A stretch of DNA of 64,000 nt, from contig CM059432.1 of the NCBI GenBank assembly GCA_030390025.1, forward strand, positions 12,338,001-12,402,000. The letters are read 5' to 3'. Below are positions 37,554 through 50,471 of this stretch, piece after piece (the stretch's first letter is position 1; each line of letters begins with the position of its first letter). The position numbers were made by a program, and so were the translations under genes. The DNA comes from Squalus acanthias (Eukaryota). The notes under the pieces were generated by a model, which saw only the letters and a program-made list of their open reading frames with translations, was not told the DNA's origin and did no database searches.

Positions 37554-38337
37554 ATCTTCTTAGGCAGTCCCTCGGAACCGAGGATGACTTGCTTCCACAC
37601 TAAAAATGAGTTCTCAGGTGACTGCTGAGTCCAATGCGGGACCTACAGTCTCTGTCACAGGTGGGGCAGATGGTGGTTGAAGGGGCGGGTGGGTGGGGTG
37701 CTTGGGTTGACTGTGCGCTCCTTGCGCTTGACTTCCGCTCGCTCCCCGGCGAAGAGACTCGAGGTGTTCGGAGCCTTCCCGGATGCTTCTCCTCCACTTT
37801 GTATGGTCTTGGGTCAGGGATTCCCAGGTGTCGGTGGGATGTTGCACTTTTTCAAGGAGGCTTTGAGGGTGTCCTTGAAGCGTTTCCTCTGCCCACCTGG
37901 GGCTCTCTTGCCGTGTCGGAGCTCAGAGTAGAGCGCTTGTTTTGGAAGTCTCGTATCGGGCATGCGGACGATGTGACCCGTCCATCGGAGCTGATCAAGC
38001 GTGGTCAAAGCTTCGATGCTGGGGATGTTGGCCTGAGCGAGAACACTGACGTTGGTGCGCCTATCCTGCCAATGGATTTGCAGGATCTTGCGGAGGCAGC
38101 GTTGGTGGTACCTCTCCAGTGCTTTGAGGTGCCTGCTGTACATGGTCCATGTCTCTGAGGCATACAGCAGGGTGGGTATCACTGCTGCTCTGTAGACCAT
38201 GAGCTTAGTGCCGGGTTTGAGGTCCTGGTCTTCAAACACTCTCTTCCTCAGGCGACCGAAGGCTGCACTGGCGCACTGAAGGCGGTGCTGGACTTCGTCA
38301 TTGACATCTGCCCTTGTTGACAGTAGGCTCCCGAGGT
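37554..38337 (-). mobile_element. RTE LINE 3' fragment
   Basis: ORF 37814-38239 is near-identical to the RTE at 10840-11500; tail (aag)n. Confidence 0.92.
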
Positions 38338-38594
38338 GTTCTTTAAGAAAATAAACCCTCTACAACACTCTAATTTTAAAGGCACAATTATCTCCCCTCC
38401 CTTTCGAACTCTCCATAGTTACGGTAGTTACTGTACACTGTAGAACTCCCCATACATAAAGCCTGCCATGTGCCTCAACTCCCATCTCAGAAGAGGTTTC
38501 CACTGTGCCAAGCGGCTCAATCTGATGATATATTATAGATGCTGCTGTGGATTTTCATCCACTGGGAGCTGGAATAAAATTGCAAGGCATACTT

Positions 38595-40566
38595 CACAAA
38601 GGGTTCTCAACAAAGAAGCAGCTTACAATGTTGAGAAGAATAGTAGTAAGCCTGCGGATTGGGAGAGTTTCAGAAACCAGCAAAGGATGACCAAAAAAAT
38701 GATAAAAAGGGGAAAAAATACAATGAGAGAAAACTCGCAAGAAATATAAAAACAGATTGTAAGAGCTTCTACAAGTATGTAAAGAGGAAGAGAGTAGCAA
38801 AAAGTAAACATTGGTCCCTTAGAGGCTGAGACAGGAGAAACGTTAAACAAATATTTTGTATCTGTCTTCACAGTTGAAGACACAAAAAGCATAACAAAAA
38901 TGGTGGGGAACCAAGGGTCTAATGAGGGTGAGGAACTTAATGTAATTAATATAAGTAGTGAAAAAGTATTGAGAAACTAATGGGATTAAAAGCCAACAAA
39001 TCCCCATGACCAGACGGCCTACATCCTAGGGTTCTAAAAGAGGTGGCTGAAGAGATAGTGGATGCATTGGTTTTGATCTTCCAAAATTCCGTAGATTCTA
39101 GAATGGTCCCAGCGGATTGGAAGATCGCAAATGTAACACCGCCATTCAAGAAAGGAGGGAGAGAGAAAACAGGGAACTACAGGTCAGTTAGCCTGACATC
39201 AGTCATCGGGAAAATGCTGGAATCCATTGTTAAGGAAGTGCTAATAGGGTACTTAGAAAATCATAACATGATTAAGCAGAGTCAACATGGTTTTATGAAA
39301 GGGAAATCGTGTTTGAAAAATTTATTAGAGGTTTTGAGGATGTAACTAGCAGGGTAGATAAAGGGGAACCAGTTGCTGTAGTATATTTGGATTTCCAAAA
39401 GGCATTCGATAATGTGCCACATAAAAGATTATTACACAAGACAAGGGCTCATGGGGTTGGGGGTAATATAATAGCATGGATAGAGGATTGGTTAACGGAC
39501 ATAAAAGAGAGAGTAGGGATAAATGGGTCTTTTTCAGGTTGGCAGGCTGTAACTAGAGGGGTGCCGCAAGGATCAGTGTTGGGGCCTCAGCTATTTACAA
39601 TCTATATTAATGACCTAGATGAAGGGACCGAGTGTCATGTATCCAAGTTTGCTGACGATACAAAGCTAGGTGGGACAGTAAGCTGTGAGGGGAACACAAA
39701 GAGTCTGCAAAGGGATATAGACAGACTAAGTGAGTGGGCAGTAAGGTGGCAGATGGAGTATAATGTAGGGAAATGTGAGGTTATTCACTTTGGTAGGAAG
39801 AATAGAAAAACAGAATATTTTTTAAATGGTGAGAAACTTTCAAATGTTGGTGTTCAGAGAGATTTGGGTGTCCTCGTGCAAGAAACACAGAAAGCTAGCA
39901 TGCAGGTATAGCAAGCAATAAGGAAGGCAAATGGCATGTTGGCCTTTATTGCAAGGGGGTTGGAGTATAAGAGTAAGGAAGTCTTGCTACAATTATACAG
40001 GGCCTTGGTGAGACCACACCTGGAGTACTGTGCACAGTTCTGGTCTCCTTATCGAAGGAAGGATAAACGTGCCTTGTATGCAGTGCAACGAAGGTTCACT
40101 AGATTGATTCCTGGGATGAGAGGGCTGTCCTATGATGTGAGATTGTGTAGAATGGGCCTATATGCTCTGGAATTTAGAAGAATGAGAGGTGATCGCATTG
40201 AAACATAAGATTCTGAAGGGGATTGACAGGGTAGATGCTGTGAGGTTGTTTCCCCTGGCTGGAGTGTCTAGAACTAGGGGGCATAGTCTCAGGATAAGGG
40301 ATCGGCCATTTAAGACCGAGATGAGGAGGAATTTCTTCACTCAGAGGGTTGTGAATCTTTGGAATTCTCTACCCCAGAGGGCTGTGGATGCTGAGTCTTT
40401 GAGTATATTCAAGGCTGAGATTGATAGATTTTTGGACTCGAGGGGAATCAAGGGATATGGAGATCGGGCGGGAAAGTGGAGTTGAGGTCGATGATCAGCC
40501 ATGATCTTATTGAATGGCGGAGCAGGCTCGAGGGGCCGTATGGCCTACTCTTGCTCTTATGTTCTT
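38595..40566 (+). mobile_element. CR1 LINE, ~2 kb, full RT domain but frameshifted (dead)
   Basis: [58 protein letters not shown]; spread over several frames. Confidence 0.95.
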
Positions 40567-41444
40567 AACAGCCACCAGACAGTTGGCATCTCTCCCCGTC
40601 CACACTGGCTAAATTCAAGCTCGGGGTCCTTAACTCCACAATAAAGGCTACTTTACAGAGGCTGGGAATGCAGAGGGCAGCTGGTTTTAACAGGGAACTG
40701 ATGTCATGCAACCTTTGGCACAATGTCTTAATCTTATCCCAAGTATAAACAATAATATATAGAGCAAATCTTTGCACGAGCTGGTGCTCGGAACAGCACT
40801 TCTTTTCATACTCCCACCGATCTGGCCCAACTACTTTTTTGTTTCCAATAAGTAGTTGTAAGTACAGATGACTGTTTTCATTTCAAGTTAACGTCAAGTG
40901 AAATGATTTCTGGACTACCATTCGTTTCAAGGGAAAGGTCAAAACTAGAGCCCCAAATCCACACAAAATGATTATAACTCATCTATTTTTGGACCCCACC
41001 CCACAGTCTAGTTTTTGAATGAGCTACATGGGAATTTCCAGCTGTAATCCAGACAGCGTAGTATGTTTTTTTTTAAATAGACACTCGTTCTGCCCATTTA
41101 TATCTAATTACTTAACGGATTTAATTAAAAAGGTTTTCAATGAATTTTCTTCATCAGCAAAGCAAACATCTGCACCCCAGTCTTGATGAATGCCTCCTGT
41201 TTCCCGTTATTGTATTTGACCAAAAGTTGGCAATTTTAACTGTGCCTCATCTCGTGGCTACTTCCCAATGAGCGTGTTTTCACCAGAAGATTTATCTTCA
41301 TTTCCAGTTATCTGCATTAAGATTTATTGAATACCTAAATTAAACATCACTTGGACTTTTGAGCACACAAATAAATGACCATTTTAGTTTTAAAAGTCAT
41401 TCTAAGATTGTATCTATCTCAATAATTCTGTGGTTGCTAGAATT

Positions 41445-42050
41445 TTTTTTTTTTTTTTATTCGTTCATGGGATGTGGGCGTCGCTGGCAAGGCCAGCATT
41501 TATTGCCCGTCCCTAATTGCCCTTGAGAAGGTGGTGGTGAGCCGCCTTCCTGAACCGCTGCAGTCCGTGTGGTGAAGGTACTCCCACAGTGCTGTTAGGG
41601 AGGGAGTTCCAGGATTTTGACCCAGCAACGATGAAGGATCGGCGATATACTTCTAAGTCAGGATGGTGTGTGACTTGGAGGGGAACTTGGAGGTGGTGGT
41701 GTTCCCATGCGCCTGCTGCCCTTGCCCTTCTAGGTGGAAGAGGTCGCGGGTTTGGGAGGTGCTGCCGAAGAAGCCTTGGCGAGTTGCTGCAGTGCATCTT
41801 GTAGATGGTACACACTGCAGCCATGGTACGCCGGTGGTGGAGGGAGTGAATGTTTAAGGTGGTGGATGGGGTGCCAATCAAGCGGGCTGCTTTGTCCTGG
41901 ATGGTGTCCAGCTTCTTGAGTGTTGTTGGAGCTGCACTCATCCAGGCAAGTGGAGAGTATTCCATCACACTCCTGACTTGTGCCTTGTAGATGGTGGAAA
42001 GGCTTTGGGGAGTCAGGAGGTGAGACACTTGCCGAAGAATACCTAGCCTC
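41445..42050 (-). mobile_element. Second-family LINE 3' part with poly(A) tail
   Basis: Core of ORF 41513-42223; T-run at about 41443-41458. Confidence 0.88.
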
Positions 42051-43003
42051 TTGCAATTTGCAACTAGTTCAATGCAATCTTGCGACCAAACTGATAACTG
42101 AAGTTGCAAAAACTTTCCCCCACAATCCACTGAAAATATCTTTTCACCAACAACAAAGTTGTACTGCATGATGATGAAAGCAGAATCGCCTAAAGACTCT
42201 GTGATAAATGCACCACCCAGCATGGAATTGAGAAATACAGGTCATGTAGTCCATTTCAGAGGGAAGTTAAGAGTCAACCACATTGCTGTGGGTCTGGAGT
42301 CACATATAGGCCAGACTGGGTAAAGACGGCAGATTTCCTTCCCTATAGGACGTCAGTAAACAAGATGGGTCTCTGGGACAATCTGGTAGTTTCGTGGTTA
42401 CTGGTACTAGCTTTTTATTCCAGATTAATTAATTGAATTTAAATTCCCCAGCGGTCGTGGTGGGATTTGAACTCATGTCTCACAGATCATTAGTCCTGGC
42501 CTCTGGATTACTAGTCCAGTAACAGAGCCACTATGCTACCGTACCCTCTATCCACTGACCTTACTGGATCACTTATCCACTGACTTTACTTGAACTTAGG
42601 TGACGAAAGGATCAGGCTTGGCCGTAAAGCCTACTGTACTGATACTTACTATCTGGGCACATGCATGAATAGCCACTCGGATGCCCACCAGGGGCCTACC
42701 AGTTCCCATGAACCTATAGAGTATGAGTCAGCATCTCCAGGGTTACACAGTTCAAATTTCATACGATGCTACAGCCAAAACAAACAGCAATGAACGGAAA
42801 TCTGTGGCATAGGGCAAGTTCTTTTCATTTCACAGTTCAAAATTATGACATGACAGTATTTCTCCAACTTAGCTACAGTTGATGGTAACAAAGAGCCATT
42901 ATAGTCAGCCAACCGCGGCAACCAGTGCTGCTAATAACTGAATTCTCGAGTACATTAACCTTGCTGATAACATGATCGAGTTCAATCAATCTCATTCAGA
43001 TTA

Positions 43004-43248
43004 CAGTAAACTCTTTCGTATCTGGCACCGACGGGACCGGGATGGTGCCGATTGATTAAAAATTCCGGATAACAGAGAGGTAGGCAATTTTTAACACAAA
43101 AAAAATAAAAACCAGTGACTAACTCGGCCACCGCGGGAAACTCGGAAAAACGAAAAATGGGTGGATTCGGCAAGATTACCGGTTATCTATTTTGCCGGTT
43201 ATTAAAGAATTCCGGTTGATTAGGTGCCGTTTAAACAAGAGTTTACTG
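43004..43248. mobile_element. Tigger-like MITE (245 bp)
   Basis: ta|cagtaaactctt...aagagtttactg|ta; inverted copy at 61420-61670. Confidence 0.87.
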
Positions 43249-45377
43249 TATATTTTTTTTCTAAAGGTTGTTCAACTGAACATACTTCAGGGCTTTCTTT
43301 ATATATATAAAAAAAAGACTTGCATTTATGTAGCACCTTTCATGACCTCAGGACGTCCCACAGCGCTTATTTATTACTGAAATTTATTACTGAACAATGT
43401 CAACTGTCTTCTAGATGAAACCACCAACTGAGGTGCATGTTCAGTACTGTAACCTATAATACCAGGGAAATGGATGAAAAATCACTGTGACCTTATCTGG
43501 ACTCAATGCACTGTGGAAGCATTGTTCTGCAGCGTTATTCTCTAGTCTTAGTGAACTGAGGAGCAAAGAAATTCACCAGCGTACAATTTTTTTCTATATG
43601 TTCTCCGAAGTGGGCAACACTGGCAAGGGGGGCGTTTATTGCCCATCCCTACTTTCCCTGAGAACATGATGGCGAGCTTTCCTTGAACCACCGCAGTCCT
43701 CATGATGTTACGTAGGAAATCCCAGGACATTGACGTCACTGCGTTTATTCCTCCATCTCCAATGCTTTACCCCCGACTACTTTCTCTCTCTTCCTTTCTT
43801 GCTGCATTTGATCATTTGGAACCAGCTCTCTAACTAGCTCACAGCTTAAGTAGTAGTAGTCACTTGAGATTAAAAAGGTGTGGCTTTTATTCCTTTTTAG
43901 GATGAGTTTCTTTGGGTTAAAGCTGAACTGCAGTTTTGGTAAGTTCATTCGATCACGGGACAAAAAAAAAATCAAGATTTTCAGCACTGGCAACAAAGTC
44001 TAGTCACTGACACTGCCAATAGCTACGAGAACTACCAAGTGTTAAATTCACCGTCAAAACTTTTCATCTTATTGTGCATATGAAAAAAGTAAAAAATGAA
44101 TCTTACAATAACTTGCATTTTTACAGCACATTTGATATAGTAAATCATCCCAAGGCACTTCACAACTGGGGATCAGACTCATTCGCAGCATGAGGAAGAA
44201 CAGTAGGGAGAGTAGGAAGAATAATTGCGAGGTAGCCAAAGGCACGGCCAATGAGGTCGCTTTCAATGAGGCTTTTGAAAATGGGGAGCGATGTGGCAAG
44301 GCTGAAAGGTTATTGGGAAGACAGTTCGGGAGTGCGGGAGTAAGGTGGCTGAAGGTTCTGCTTTTGATGGTAGAGAGGGGGGAAGGAGCAAACAGGCAGT
44401 AGACTGGACTCAGGAGAGCACAGAACACGAACGGGACAGATCTGATCAGCGATGGTGACATGTTCCAGACCTTAGGAAGAATGGGAACGTTGGGGATGGG
44501 GCAGTTGGAGAGGAAAAGATGGCCCAGAGTGGGAAATGGGAGAAATGGGGTGAGGGGAAAGCAGTTTTGAAAGATGGAGGAACAGCGCCCGAGGAGAGGG
44601 TCAGTTGTCAAATTCAGCAAGCATTGAGCTAAGGAGCCAGTTGAGTGGTCAGATGGGGTTCAAGGAAGCAGGTGGTGGGTCTCGTGTGGGAGACGAGTCT
44701 GGTGAGGACTAGGGTGGAGGTAGGGCAGAAATCGCAACGTATTGTGGGGTTGGAGCTGTGGTTGGGCGTGGACTCCGGGTGGTCAAGAAATCAGAAACTA
44801 GGAACTCGATACAGAAGCAGTGTCCTGTGTTTGCAGTATGCGATAACTAGACTTTTCTTTTTCACAGATCAGTATACAGTAGCTTATAGATAACCTACCT
44901 GCTAAAGAAACAAGACTTGTCTTTATATAATGGCCTTATCATGTCTGTGAGAAAAGTCTCAGTGCTTCACAGGGACTTCTGAAGTGTAGTCACTGTTGTT
45001 ATGTAGACAAATACTCCGATCTGGTGCTGCATCGATTTAGAATCGTTGCTGCCGTCTGATTGTTGAGCTGCTCTTTGATTGTGTGTGGTTCCTGACACGC
45101 CCATTTAAAGACACAGAACCGGTAAGCTACTGTTTTATATATAAACGCTCAGCAAACCCATCTTTCAAAATTCAACCCAGTCAAACCAAAAGAAAATAAG
45201 TCGAAATTTGTTCCACCAGTTTACGACGAGGGATTTTCTCTCAATACGTCCTAAAACTTTAAACCACTCCTGTTAAACGTCAGATTAGATCGAATCTTTT
45301 GACTACTCCATTAGCAGCATTCATGTGATGAGAAACAGTCCATATTGTGCATGTGCATGAGGCAGCATCCCTCTCAC

Positions 45378-46035
45378 AGAATCATAGAAATTTACGGCAC
45401 AGAAGGAGGCCATTCGGCCCATCTTGTCCGTGCCGGCCGACAACGAGCTATCCAGCCTAATCCCACTTTCCAGCTCTTGGTCCGTAGCCCTGTAGGTTAC
45501 GGCACTTCAAGTGCACATCCAAGTACTTTTTAAATGTAATGAGGGTCTCTGCCTCTACCGCCCTTTCAGGCAGTGAGTTCCAGACCCCCACCACCCTCTG
45601 GGTGAAAAATGTTCTCCTCAACTCCCCTCTAATCCTTCTACCAATTACTTTAAATCTATTAAATTAAACCTCTCCCGTCACCAGTGGATCTGGAAAGTTT
45701 GAGATTACCTAACCTTAGCTCAACTCAAGACAATTAAACGGCAAGAAAAAAAATATTTTTGCACTTTGTAGAATAAAATTACACAGAACTGCACAGAAAA
45801 CAGGCCATTCAGCCCAACTGGTCCCTGCCGGTGTTTATGCTCCACACGATCCTCCTCCCACCCCTCTTCATCTCACCCCATCGGCATAATCTTCTATTCC
45901 TGTCTCTTTCATGTGTTTATCTAGTTTCCCCTTTAAAGGCATCTATCTATGCTACGCGCTTCAACTACTCCCTGTGGTAGCGAGTTCCAAATTCTAACCA
46001 CTCTTTGGCTAAAGGAGTTTCTCCTGAATTCCGTA
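45378..46035 (-). mobile_element. Two adjacent CR1 3' fragments (about 45378-45658 and 45780-46035)
   Basis: Antisense CR1 3'UTRs (cagaaggaggccattcggccc; aaacaggccattcagccc). Confidence 0.8.
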
Positions 46036-46287
46036 TTTTGAATCTGAAGGACAATACCACTGTAAGACGCAAGCGGGCAATGGGCAAGAGCCCACTCTGC
46101 TCGTTTTGCTGAAATTTTGCTTCAACCCACAAAGGCCAGGCAGAGTGTCTCCTCGCAGCCTTGCCTTTGGAATGGATTGTAACTTCTTGTTGTACACTCC
46201 CGGATCCTCAATACCAACGTTGCTCTCAGGCCAAAACACGACTCACTCTTTTTCCCCCCCCAGTGATACGTTTTCTCTGTTGCATTT

Positions 46288-46983
46288 TGTAAGAATAAAA
46301 ATATTTGTTTTGTATGTGTGATGGACTCGAGACTATTAATATAAGATGTATGTATTAAAGATAAATTTGATGTGTGTGGATCTCCCCCCCTGGGTAAGGC
46401 AACGGCGCGAAACTTAACAAAGGAAACCTGCATAACAGGATAACCCCCCACAGAGAGACCATCGAAACTCACCATCGAAACTCAGGAGCCACTAAAAGGT
46501 GTCAACAAACAATTAACTTAAGCAAGAAATGGCCCCAGCCACTGCAGACAGACACATGCTCAAAGGAAAGCCAATCAAGAACTGCCACAAATCTAAGACC
46601 CAATCATGGGGTCTTAGCAAATTAGAGTAGAGACAATGGACTTAAAAAGATATAAAACAAGGAACCCAAAGGCTCTCTCTCTGGACGACCACGCAGAAGA
46701 ACAAGAAGCCCTCCCTCTACAGACCAGACCAAGAAGCAAGGAAAAAGGCCGCGTGCATTGCTTGACTCAGGGAAGTACCAGTCTGTGTAAATCTAACCCA
46801 TGATCTTACGTGTTGTAATCGAGTAGAGTCCCTAAATACCAGTCGGCTATTGTTTTGATGTGCATGAGTGTGTGTGTTTAATAAACTTGCATGAGTTTGT
46901 GTGTTTAATAAACTTATTCCAAATTGTTTCAAAAGAATCGGTCTTGCTGTCAATTTAATGCCAGTCGAAATAAAAAGCTTACA
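46288..46983 (+). mobile_element. Solo LTR (696 bp), ERV/Gypsy-type
   Basis: Termini TGTAAG...CTTACA; 4-bp TSD attt/attt; CCAAT at about 46571 and 46600, TATAAAA 46651, AATAAA 46880 and 46907. Confidence 0.85.
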
Positions 46984-47430
46984 ATTTGATACTCTCAAGA
47001 GAAAGAAGACTTACGGATTGCAATTGCTGGTGGATACCAGGGGCTTGCGAGCAGGCCACTTGCTCATCCTTTTGACTGGGGGAACAGGGCATAAGATGCG
47101 ACAGGTTTGTTTATTTGGTTAATTCCTTTAGCTAGTTAAAAACTTCACAGACCCTAAATCTAACACTAATTGATGGTGATTAGTGGGAAGGTAAAGTGGG
47201 GTATCAGCGGCATAGGTAAATAATGCAATCCGTAAATAAAAGCTTAACTGCACTTAAATCTCATTTTTAAAACTCTCCAGTGATGCTCAGATGGATAAAG
47301 GCACCATGTAACATTAAGCCATATTACAGTCAAACCTCGATTATCCACCACACATCACAGGAATGAACCTCAGTGTAGAAATGAAATTGGTGGATAATGG
47401 AGCATCTCCCTGTACCTACATAGAATTGAG

Positions 47431-47652
47431 AGGTCGCACAACACCAGGTTATAGTCCAACAGTTTTATTTGAAATCACCACTACCTACATAGAATGACAT
47501 AGAATTTACAGCACTGAGACAGGCCATTCGGCCCATCTGGTCTGTGCCGGTGTTTATGATCCACACGAGTCTCCTCCCACCCTACTTCATCTCACCCTAT
47601 CAGCATAACCTTCTATTCCTTTCTCCCTCATGTGTTTATCTAGCTTCTCCTT
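47431..47652. mobile_element. Short Penelope-type terminal fragment (about 47431-47478) followed by an antisense CR1 3'UTR
   Basis: cacaacaccaggttatagtccaacag; then acatagaatttacagcactgagacaggccattcggccc. Confidence 0.55.
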
Positions 47653-50110
47653 GCCTAGTCTGATACACTGCATTTTTCACTCCTAATTGCTTTTCCAGAT
47701 TACTTCATCAAGTTGTCTGCGTGTGCAGATACGACGCACAGTTTTCCATTTTAAAATGACCCCTGTTGGTGTGCTGGGCTTAAAGCTCCGACTCATGGTC
47801 TCATCCAATATCCATACAATCTGCTGTGCCTAAACTAAAAAAAAAATAATCCCGGGTGCCCACAAAGCAAATTCTGTCCAAGTCTTGGATGACCAGATAA
47901 CAATGACTTATCTTGATGGATCACGAGTCTTTGAAAAATTAATTAAAAACACTGCATTTTAAATGCTTTATGCAAAACTAACCCAGGCCCCCCCCCCCAC
48001 AAATCCCACGAAAGTTCTCTTGGATAATCAAGAGCACGGAGATTGGGTGCGCGCATAATTAAGATTCCATTGTGGTACGGAAGGTCCCAGTGTGATGCCC
48101 TGTTTGCGAGAGGTTAGTTGATCTCACTTGAGGCAGCAGCTGGGAAACTGTAATTGGTCACAGTGCCTCTAGGGGGCCGCCACTCCCGATTGCTATCCGG
48201 TGACCAATGTCCCCGCTAAGCTGCGCGGCCGCACAGTCATCTGCAAGGTCCCGCGCAGCCCGCTCACCGGCTTTTACACTGCAGGTACCGCGCATGCGCA
48301 GAAATTTGAATGGGCCGCGCGCATTGGGGGAGGCAGGCCGCACAGGAGGCAGTGTGGTTTACATAGGATATACGGCACAGAAACAGGCCATTCGGCCCAA
48401 CCAGTCCATGCCGGCTTACGGGGGACTTTGCTGGTGACCCTTGTTGGAAATTGCATGGACATTGGATGAGACCATGATCAGGTCTACTGTGATGTACTCC
48501 ACAGTCAAACAATCTGTCGACACTAGCTCTCTAAGCTCACTTGTGAATAATAGCTGGTTGGGGTGAGGTACAGTGGGTGGTGGATGCCTATTGGACTGTA
48601 TTCCAGCAAAGGTCAATGCCTGCAGGAGATGGGCGAGAAAAAGAGGGCCAAGAAACTCACTGAACTAAAACATCTTCACCCTTATAAGCAGGTCACTGTT
48701 CCTGACATTTGAAATTTATAAAGTAAATTCAAGGTGTGAATAGCCTGCAAGCAAAAATGTTGTTTTTAAAAAAAATCTGCTGTAAAATTCTTAAACAATT
48801 CAACCGGGTTAAAAAAAAAACATAAATCTCCCAGTCAAAAATAAATCTCGCGTTCTGTCTCTGTGTGGCCTAAATCACAACAGATCCTGCTGCCAATTTG
48901 ATCCCATGGCCGAGTCTGGGTTTTTGATGAATCCCGCCCCACACTCGGATGCCTCTTCCCAGTCTGCTCCATTTCCACATACCACGGTTTGCACTGGACA
49001 GCTACTTCATACTCTGGGAAACAGCACTGTGCGTGACACAACACACCCTCATCTAACCTACTGAAAAATAAGTCCGCCATCACCAACATAGCGGAGATAT
49101 CTACAAATTCAGTTTAAAAACAGAACTAAAAAACATTTCTGAAGGTGTATTAGCCCCCAAATAAAACCATCTCTTCTATAAAATTTGCATCGTGTTGCAT
49201 ACATGGATCGTTTGAGCGAAACTTTCTCAAATAATAAAACAGAGTACTGGATGCCCGTGGAAATAATTAACAAACTCAATTACAACTGTACCACTTGTGA
49301 GGTACGTGGGCTATCTCACTTGTATAGCAAGTGATAAAGTCAACAATTTTTCACTAAAGATCCTCAACATAATACAAACTAATCCAATGCGAGCACATGG
49401 CTATTTTGATTTCTGCAGTAAGTGTTAACAAACATAAAAAGGTTTTAAGAAATGACATGAACAATCTCAATGAAACAATAAAGGAAGGAGGCAATTACCA
49501 GCGTTTGGACAATTGTTAGCCAACATCGCTCCTGTGGCCATCTATGCATCAGGTGGCAGGGCAGAGTAGAGCAGTGCCTTGATGAAAATGTTCAACAGCC
49601 GTTACCCTTTGGGCAGTTATGGCGGCAAACTCCTGCTCGAGCCAAAGCTGACCCATCACGTGAGAGATAGAGCGCTTCAACTGTCCAAATAGGCACTCCA
49701 CCGAAGTCCAGCCAAAGACTGACCGATCAAACTCAACCACAGCAGAAACCGCTCCCCCCCCCTCCCCTCCACAGACTCCAACTCAGGACCAACCAATTGT
49801 GACTTCCAGCACTACAGCAAATTAACATCTTCACTACTCTGCTCTCAGACAGAATAATTTCCAAGACTGAAGCACACTATAGATCGCATATAGCTTACAC
49901 TTTTAGGAGTGTTGGGTGTCCTTTCGCCAAGCCTCATACAGAATACATTACAAATATTTTACAACATTTAGATGCAATTCAGTCTCAATTCCATTCCCAT
50001 TGCATTGCAGTCAGTAATTTTTCATTTTGAAAAAAGTACGAGTGTTTTAAAAGGAACTGTAATAGTTTAAAATTTAATGGATTCATTTTCGGATGATGAA
50101 AGACACTTAC

Positions 50111-50208
50111 TACTGTGCACAGTCGATGAGCTGGTACTCATTTGACCTTTCAAAACATGCCTTTACACCTTCATCGTCCCACAGTGCTTTCGCATGATCG
50201 AAGAATTC
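50111..50208 (-). CDS. GNAL: Internal coding exon (98 nt, phase 0 to phase 2) of a Gs-family G-protein alpha subunit, most likely GNAL/Golf (GNAL exon 5 / GNAS exon 6 equivalent)
   Basis: Minus strand reads ttttctttcgatttgcag|GAATTCTTCGATCAT...GACTGTGCACAGTA|gtaagt, translating to [32 protein letters not shown](Y). [13 protein letters not shown] is diagnostic of GNAS/GNAL, and the 98-nt length and phases match the homologous exon. EFFDH, WDDEGVK, CFER and very long flanking introns favour GNAL; AKAL is GNAS-like, so the paralogue call is less certain than the family call. Confidence 0.88.
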
Positions 50209-50471
50209 CTGCAAATCGAAAGAAAACTTTTGTTAAAAAGAAACAGGTTTCAGTATCAATTAAAAAAAAATCAAAACACGCTGTTCTAACTGGACTACTG
50301 ATGAGGTTTGCATTTCCGCTGCATCTATGCTTATCAGGTACAATGCTTTGAGTTCACGTGACCGTGTGTGGACTGATCATAATTTTCTTTTTCAAACACT
50401 AAATCAGTTGAAAAACAGATGACTATGATCTTCCACACTGAACCTGTGGACCCATTATACAAAGAATGAAT

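Noticed and set aside
38595..40566. Active reverse transcriptase gene (also 59645-61030, 9891-11506)
   Set aside because: 5'-truncated, frameshifted and with internal stops; no endonuclease domain or ORF1.
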